The notes below the pieces were generated by a model. The model did no database searches. It was not told the origin of the DNA and saw only the letters and a list, made by a program, of their open reading frames with translations. Position numbers and translations under genes: made by a program. A DNA stretch of 27,611 bases from a virus (taxonomy: Duplodnaviria > Caudoviricetes). Positions 22,998 through 27,611 of the stretch are shown here, piece after piece (position 1 is the first letter of the stretch; every line of letters starts with the position of its first letter). The DNA lies in IMG/VR virus record IMGVR_UViG_3300027586_000039, positions 1 to 27,611 of that record, one strand, 5' to 3'.

Positions 22998-23324
22998 TCA
23001 GGGGATATCAAGACTCTTAATTGCCTTGTTGACCATACGGATCAAACCTCTTCGAGTTATCTTCGATGCATCAAATGTCTCCGTATAACCCCCTTGTGGC
23101 ATATCCGACTTATCCAGAAAAGACCCATGCTTCTTAGTAAGTGTTTGTACTACTAGGGATTCTATTGCTCTTGCTTTATCCCGCTCAAAAAAATGCCAAT
23201 ATTTTATCAGTATCCAACCCTTGGTCCTATGGGCTGCAAACCTTCTACCTGAGATATCTGATATACCTATCTTAATAGCCTTGTGTACTGGGCTATAGAG
23301 TATGTATAGGACTGCTTCGTTCAT
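22998..23324 (-). CDS. GIY-YIG-like (T5orf172/MUG113-type) nuclease
   Basis: LYIL...IKIGIS...RR...H...A..IE...GGYTETF; leaderless ATG 23324. Confidence 0.75.
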   Translation of the reverse strand: MNEAVLYILYSPVHKAIKIGISDISGRRFAAHRTKGWILIKYWHFFERDKARAIESLVVQTLTKKHGSFLDKSDMPQGGYTETFDASKITRRGLIRMVNKAIKSLDIP

Positions 23325-23372
23325 GCATCTATTATACTTGACATACCGTGCTAATTTTGCTATACTTGTATT

Positions 23373-23531
23373 ATGCACATATTCAGAGTATCTCTACTAG
23401 ATTACGCAACGGCATTTGATCTTGATATCTTTGCCTCAACTGAGAAAGAAGCCAGAGCAATGGCACAAGCAGAAGAACCTAAAATGAACATTACGAAAGT
23501 GGTTTGTCTAACCACTATTGAGGCTATATGA
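23373..23531 (+). CDS. Hypothetical protein (52 aa)
   Basis: Leaderless after TTGACA-N17-TATACT. Confidence 0.65.
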   Translation: MHIFRVSLLDYATAFDLDIFASTEKEARAMAQAEEPKMNITKVVCLTTIEAI

Positions 23532-23671
23532 ACAACGAAGAGATAGCAGCGCTATTAGATAAAGAGTCCTATAGGGTTTGGGACACCGCCAAAGTGATCA
23601 AGAACCAAGACTACCACGATGGTCTGGTTAAGGGTTTGAAGATGGCTGCTAAGTATGTGGCTAAACTATGA
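23528..23671 (+). CDS. Hypothetical protein (47 aa)
   Basis: GAGG SD; ATGA overlap. Confidence 0.6.
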   Translation: MNNEEIAALLDKESYRVWDTAKVIKNQDYHDGLVKGLKMAAKYVAKL

Positions 23672-23778
23672 AACCTGAGCAATGTCTCAAGTGCAAGATG
23701 ATAGTTAAAGATCCCTTGTTTTGGGAGACTCATCAGACAATGACAGATGGCAAGGTGTGGTGTGCTAAGAAACTTTGA
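23668..23778 (+). CDS. Small Cys/His protein (36 aa)
   Basis: CLKC...H...C; ATGA overlap. Confidence 0.5.
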   Translation: MKPEQCLKCKMIVKDPLFWETHQTMTDGKVWCAKKL

Positions 23779-23971
23779 AATCCCAGATCCATTTCAAACC
23801 TTTGTAGCCAAGAAATATGCCAACTATAAAGGTATGGTCTATGATTTTTTTGCCAAAGAATGGTATCTCAAAACAGCCTGTTGTGGGGAAGAACTTTATG
23901 CTCCAAACAAAAAGACCATGAATAAGATTCGCCTATACCATACAAGAAATGAGTGCTTAGGTGGATATTGA
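23762..23971 (+). CDS. Hypothetical protein
   Basis: ORF track; GTG start after AAGGT. Confidence 0.65.
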   Translation: MLRNFEIPDPFQTFVAKKYANYKGMVYDFFAKEWYLKTACCGEELYAPNKKTMNKIRLYHTRNECLGGY

Positions 23972-24209
23972 TGAGTTTATGAAAGACCCCTGGAAACCTT
24001 TTAATGATATGAGGAACACTCCACACGAGTGTGATTACGATTACAGGGTAGATCCCTCTGGTGCTATGTTCTTTGAGATATGTAAACTATGCCTTGACAC
24101 TAAGGGTGTTATTGAGATAGATAAAAAATGTAGCCATACTTGGTATATGCGTGAAGATGGTATACAATGTACTAAGTGCTTGATTTTATGGGAAAAGGAT
24201 ATGGACTAG
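23961..24209 (+). CDS. Cys/His-rich hypothetical protein
   Basis: CKLC, C.H.W...CTKC. Confidence 0.65.
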   Translation: MDIDEFMKDPWKPFNDMRNTPHECDYDYRVDPSGAMFFEICKLCLDTKGVIEIDKKCSHTWYMREDGIQCTKCLILWEKDMD

Positions 24210-24814
24210 GATTGCCAGTCTATCTGCTCATCCTCATAAGGAGTAAACCAGATTATTAAACAGTCTCTATCACCTTCAGAAACCTTCTTTAGGCCGTGCC
24301 ATGTATTAGATGGGAACATAACTAACTCTTGTCCTATAGGCTTATACACAATACCACCCATGTCCTCAGTATATAGATCAAAATCTGTTTTAGTTGTGTG
24401 ATGATCTAAAAATATTAATTCTCCATCTTTAAAGTCACCATTGAGATATGCTATAGCAGTATACATTTTACTATCCTGATCGTAATCCCTGTGAATAAGA
24501 ATTTGTATTCCTGGCGTAAGCCTTTGAATTGATACCTTAACAGCATACAAAGATTCTTTAAGTTTATAGAAGTCTTTAAGACTATTAGCCATTCTTTCGG
24601 CATATGTTTCTATTAAAGGCTTGATGTTTAGGTATTCACTTGGCCTATTTGTTGTAGGAAACAAAGCCCTGTATGTTATTCCTTCTTTGTGTGCTATGCC
24701 TAACTTTTGTGTAAATAGTGATGTTTCTTTATTCTTGCTAATATAATCCCTGATACCCTGGCATTCTTCTGATGTCAAAAAGTCTTGAACAATATTTAAA
24801 TCATCTTTTATCAC
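24206..24814 (-). CDS. 2OG-Fe(II) oxygenase
   Basis: HRD...AYLNGDFKDGEL.F...FPS...HG...V..G.R. Confidence 0.85.
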   Translation of the reverse strand: MIKDDLNIVQDFLTSEECQGIRDYISKNKETSLFTQKLGIAHKEGITYRALFPTTNRPSEYLNIKPLIETYAERMANSLKDFYKLKESLYAVKVSIQRLTPGIQILIHRDYDQDSKMYTAIAYLNGDFKDGELIFLDHHTTKTDFDLYTEDMGGIVYKPIGQELVMFPSNTWHGLKKVSEGDRDCLIIWFTPYEDEQIDWQS

Positions 24815-24889
24815 AACAGCCTCCAGGGTTAGATTATCATTATATCACTGCTTCTTGACTTATAAGGCTCAGTGATGTATAATGAATAT

Positions 24890-25006
24890 ATGAAAGAACC
24901 TAAGATTATGCAAATGGACTGGAAAGCACTAGGATATGAAAGGATGTATGTAGATGGAAAACTCAGATGGGTTCCTCAGCAAGTCAAAGACGATTCAGAA
25001 GACTAG
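24890..25006 (+). CDS. Hypothetical protein (38 aa)
   Basis: Leaderless after TTGACT-N16/17-TATAAT-like promoter. Confidence 0.55.
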   Translation: MKEPKIMQMDWKALGYERMYVDGKLRWVPQQVKDDSED

Positions 25007-25334
25007 GATACTACCATTACGATGGATCGGTAATTTTCTTGGTTCCTATGCTGGTAATCATTTAGTTAAATGTTTTGATTATGATGAAGATGGTAAGTAT
25101 GGATTTGCTTATAAATACCACGCAAAATGCTGGAAGTATCTTAATAAGCCTTATGAGTGGTGGGGTACTTGCTACCAACTTGATATAGAGGGTATGATAA
25201 AAGATTTAGATGGTGCAGGCTGGGATGATTACGATAAAGATGGTATTCCATATTGGGAAAAATGGGAAGACGAAGGTGGTCCTGTAGATAATTCAGAAGA
25301 AAGATTAAAGTATATGGAGGATAATGGGATATGA
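24954..25334 (+). CDS. Hypothetical aromatic/acidic protein
   Basis: GAAAGGA SD; ORF track. Confidence 0.7.
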   Translation: MENSDGFLSKSKTIQKTRILPLRWIGNFLGSYAGNHLVKCFDYDEDGKYGFAYKYHAKCWKYLNKPYEWWGTCYQLDIEGMIKDLDGAGWDDYDKDGIPYWEKWEDEGGPVDNSEERLKYMEDNGI

Positions 25335-25435
25335 GTCGAACCATAGTGTGTCCTGTATGTAAGAAAGAATGGGATTTTAGAGTAGGCTTTGCTCACGAGA
25401 GCCTATACAAGCATATGAAGGCAGATCACCGATAG
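25331..25435 (+). CDS. C2H2-like zinc-finger micro-protein (34 aa)
   Basis: CPVC...LYKHMKADH. Confidence 0.6.
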   Translation: MSRTIVCPVCKKEWDFRVGFAHESLYKHMKADHR

Positions 25436-25529
25436 TGCCCGTTTAGGGCATAGAGTGGTTTAAGAACCTCTATTTTGCGCCGAACTTTAAAGACTTGACA
25501 ACATATCCGCCGAATGGTACAATATATAT

Positions 25530-25736
25530 ATGACTACTTTTAGTAAATTTGTATTTTTTATCAATATGGCCTTAGTGCCATTAACTACTTTTTTTGCTGG
25601 ATATGCAGCAAACGATACCAATGTAAACCAATATAAAGTAGGATTTTTTATATTGGTAGCAGTTGTTAACCTTATGTCTGCTGTTGGATATGTTCGTGCA
25701 AACTATGTTCAGACAGAGATTCAATATGAGCATTGA
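25530..25736 (+). CDS. Two-TM membrane protein
   Basis: Leaderless after TTGACA-N17-TACAAT; two hydrophobic helices. Confidence 0.7.
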   Translation: MTTFSKFVFFINMALVPLTTFFAGYAANDTNVNQYKVGFFILVAVVNLMSAVGYVRANYVQTEIQYEH

Positions 25737-25899
25737 TGAAATGATGCTTAGGGAAGAGATAGCAAGAGAGATTGAAGCCCTTCCTATTGAATCATCATTG
25801 ACAAATGCATTTGGTATGCGCCTTGCTGCTGCCCATATAGCAAGAGGAAAAGATAATTATATTACTAAAATGTTTGAAAATCAGGTTGATTTCGAGTAA
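25726..25899 (+). CDS. Hypothetical protein (57 aa)
   Basis: LREEIAREIE...AA.IARG pattern common in actinophage small ORFs. Confidence 0.7.
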   Translation: MSIDEMMLREEIAREIEALPIESSLTNAFGMRLAAAHIARGKDNYITKMFENQVDFE

Positions 25900-25926
25900 T
25901 CTTGAATATGCTATAATGTATTTACT

Positions 25927-26055
25927 ATGAAAGATAATCATCCCTGCTATTATTGCAAAAAAGAAGCACTGTACACACAGTTAGTCGGAACTCCTGGCAA
26001 CTATTTTGTATCTAATGTATGTAAAGACCATCTTATGATGGGCTTGTCTTCCTAA
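25927..26055 (+). CDS. Small zinc-binding protein (42 aa)
   Basis: CYYC...CKDH; TGCTATAAT upstream. Confidence 0.6.
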   Translation: MKDNHPCYYCKKEALYTQLVGTPGNYFVSNVCKDHLMMGLSS

Positions 26056-26078
26056 AGAAACTATGGTATCCTTAAGAT

Positions 26079-26201
26079 ATGAAAACAACTTATAAATGTC
26101 CAGAGTGTGCAACATCTATTACTATTAATACTAAGGTTCATGAACTACCCGAATCTATTATTTGTCCCTGCGAAGCCGTGATGCCTAATACATCCAAGTA
26201 G
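26079..26201 (+). CDS. Small zinc-ribbon protein (40 aa)
   Basis: CPEC...CPC; leaderless. Confidence 0.6.
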   Translation: MKTTYKCPECATSITINTKVHELPESIICPCEAVMPNTSK

Positions 26202-26360
26202 ATGGAAGAAGAAAAAGTAAGGGCCATGTTTGAGTTGGCCAGTAAATTAGACAAATTTCAATTAGTTTTACTTAACAAGTGTGAGGTTTGTGGTCCAATC
26301 TTGCGTGGTGCAGACAAATCTAGGTATCCAAAGTGTAAGAGACACGATGACCTATACTGA
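26202..26360 (+). CDS. Hypothetical protein (52 aa)
   Basis: CEVC...C..H; immediately follows the previous stop. Confidence 0.45.
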   Translation: MEEEKVRAMFELASKLDKFQLVLLNKCEVCGPILRGADKSRYPKCKRHDDLY

Positions 26361-26715
26361 TCCAGAAAAAAATGCTTTAGCAAAAGCCCTGTGGTACCAA
26401 AGAAATAAAGAACTTCAGCGGGTAAGACTTCAGCAAAGAAGATCTCAAAAAAGACAATATGTTCACGACATCAAGGAGGCTAACCCTACTTGCACTGATT
26501 GTGGTATTGACTATCCTTGGTATTGTCTTGACTTTGATCATCTCCCCGAATTTAAAAAATCTTTTGCTTTGAGTAGTACTGGTATGAGAGATAAAACTAT
26601 GGAGCAAATTTTAGAAGAGATAACCAAGTGTGAGATTGTTTGTTCTAATTGTCACAGACATAGAACAGAGATGCGTAAAATGGAAAAAAGAGTTAGCAAG
26701 GATAGGCACCAGTAG
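26347..26715 (+). CDS. HNH endonuclease
   Basis: CTDCG...LDFDH...EI.KCEIVCSNCHR.RT. Confidence 0.85.
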   Translation: MTYTDPEKNALAKALWYQRNKELQRVRLQQRRSQKRQYVHDIKEANPTCTDCGIDYPWYCLDFDHLPEFKKSFALSSTGMRDKTMEQILEEITKCEIVCSNCHRHRTEMRKMEKRVSKDRHQ

Positions 26716-26779
26716 CCAAGTTGGTTAAGGCACCGAACTCATAATTCGGCTATCGTAGGTTCAAGTCCTACCTGGTGTA
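26706..26779 (+). tRNA. tRNA with CAT anticodon (elongator Met or Ile2)
   Basis: GCACCAG/CTGGTGT acceptor; CCGAA-CTCATAA-TTCGG; paired 1:72 and no GGG/CCC anticodon stem, so not an initiator. Confidence 0.92.
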
Positions 26780-26783
26780 CTCT

Positions 26784-26855
26784 GTCTCCATCGTCTATCG
26801 GCTAGGACAACGCCCTTTCACGGCGTAAAGACGGGTTCAATTCCCGTTGGAGATA
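26784..26855 (+). tRNA. trnE: tRNA-Glu(TTC)
   Basis: GTCTCCA/TGGAGAT; ACGCC-CTTTCAC-GGCGT. Confidence 0.93.
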
Positions 26856-26859
26856 CTAC

Positions 26860-26931
26860 ACCTCTGTAACTCAGTGGAAGAGTAGCGGACTTCTAATCCG
26901 TTTGTCGATGGTTCGAATCCATTCAGGGGTA
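26860..26931 (+). tRNA. trnR: tRNA-Arg(TCT)
   Basis: ACCTCTG/CAGGGGT; GCGGA-CTTCTAA-TCCGT. Confidence 0.92.
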
Positions 26932-26960
26932 CTATTAAAACTAAGTAGTATAATATATAC

Positions 26961-27078
26961 TATTCCGCAACACATATCCCCTAGGGATTTTTGAAACGGA
27001 TGCTCTTATGAGAAGAGAGTTGGCAGGAGTTGAGTCTTCGTGGCCAATAGACCTGAGCAGTAGTCTATAAACTGCTCA
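26961..27078 (+). ncRNA. Putative ~120-nt structured RNA ending in PK copy 7
   Basis: TATAAT at 26949-26954; successive hairpins; terminal pseudoknot 27047-27078. Confidence 0.55.
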
Positions 27079-27082
27079 TTTT

Positions 27083-27610
27083 CTATACAAAAGTATAACA
27101 AGCAAGAACAGAATGTCTAGAATTTCCAAAACACTCAAGAACACCGTGAAGATAGTTGCTTGGGAATATTACTAGGGATCCCAATTCTGGCTTATATGTT
27201 AGGTTTTGGGTTGGAAAAAAAAGTTCCCCACCATTATAGTCATCGTTTATATAAATCAAAGATGTCATGTGTGAAAGTGGATTTCCATTACTGGCCTCTG
27301 CTGGCATATAGTCAAAGTGCTCTTCCATTTTTGTATTTGGAGTTCTTGAAGCAAAAGCCATATTAAATAAAGGCTTTTCTTCTACTTTTATGTTAAATTT
27401 TTTTAAATATTCATTAATATATTTTGGTATTTTTTTCTCAAGATCAATAAATACTTCAAAAACTTCAGGGCTTTCATCCTTAAACATTTTTTTAGATAAG
27501 TAGTTAAAGTCTGTAGTCATTTCAGAAGTTTTTTCTTTAATAAAATTATCTAATATATAAAGAATTTCTTTTGATACAAAGTTATCAATAATAACAATAT
27601 TGTCTTTTGA
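27083..27610 (-). CDS. 2OG-Fe(II) oxygenase (5'-truncated by window edge)
   Basis: HFD...LIYINDDYNGGELFF...FPS...HGV...R; frame stays open upstream of 27520 to the window end (NIVIIDNFVS). Confidence 0.85.
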   Translation of the reverse strand, partial: SKDNIVIIDNFVSKEILYILDNFIKEKTSEMTTDFNYLSKKMFKDESPEVFEVFIDLEKKIPKYINEYLKKFNIKVEEKPLFNMAFASRTPNTKMEEHFDYMPAEASNGNPLSHMTSLIYINDDYNGGELFFPTQNLTYKPELGSLVIFPSNYLHGVLECFGNSRHSVLACYTFV

Positions 27611-27611
27611 T

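Noticed and set aside
25436-25490. Possible tRNA remnant
   Set aside because: Only short hairpins (TGCCC/GGGCA, TAGAG/CTCTA); no T-loop or cloverleaf
22956-27366. ORFs 22956-23156, 25141-25344, 26377-26607, 27160-27366
   Set aside because: Overlap better-supported genes on the opposite strand
1-27611. Alternative genetic code or prophage/integration module
   Set aside because: Genes read normally with code 11 using all three stops; no suppressor tRNA, integrase or att site seen

Overview
AT-rich segment of a large tailed dsDNA phage genome. The host is almost certainly actinobacterial, plausibly a low-GC freshwater lineage: there is a perfect TCGAAC-N4-GTTCGA SOS box, RecA-NDp/PafBC-type promoters, GACAC motifs, a gp88-like gene and many leaderless genes. 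Layout: 1-5.6 kb holds minus-strand virion/tail-fibre and collagen-like genes. 5.6-7.8 kb holds a DHH-like protein, a Cys-rich protein and a 2OG-Fe(II) oxygenase. 7.9-21.5 kb is a divergently transcribed early/host-takeover-type region of many tiny ORFs, plus gp88-like and DUF932/TIGR03299-like genes and tRNA-Asp. 21.5-22.4 kb is a repeat-rich, DnaA-box-containing locus that may be an origin. 22.4-27.6 kb holds small ORFs, GIY-YIG-like and HNH nucleases, two more 2OG-Fe(II) oxygenases, three tRNAs and a structured ncRNA. The most notable signals are non-coding: (i) 12 promoters with the exact TGTCRG-N10-TANNNT architecture of the actinobacterial PafBC DNA-damage regulon; (ii) repeated intergenic cassettes that start with GACGTC and stack host transcription-factor boxes (CRP/GlxR, DnaA, LexA, WhiA-like); (iii) seven covarying copies of a small H-type RNA pseudoknot; (iv) three copies of a UGA-GC..GC-RAAUAA repeat/hairpin element; (v) a bipartite TTACGA-N12-TTTCCC motif. 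All calls were made by eye and no database searches were run.
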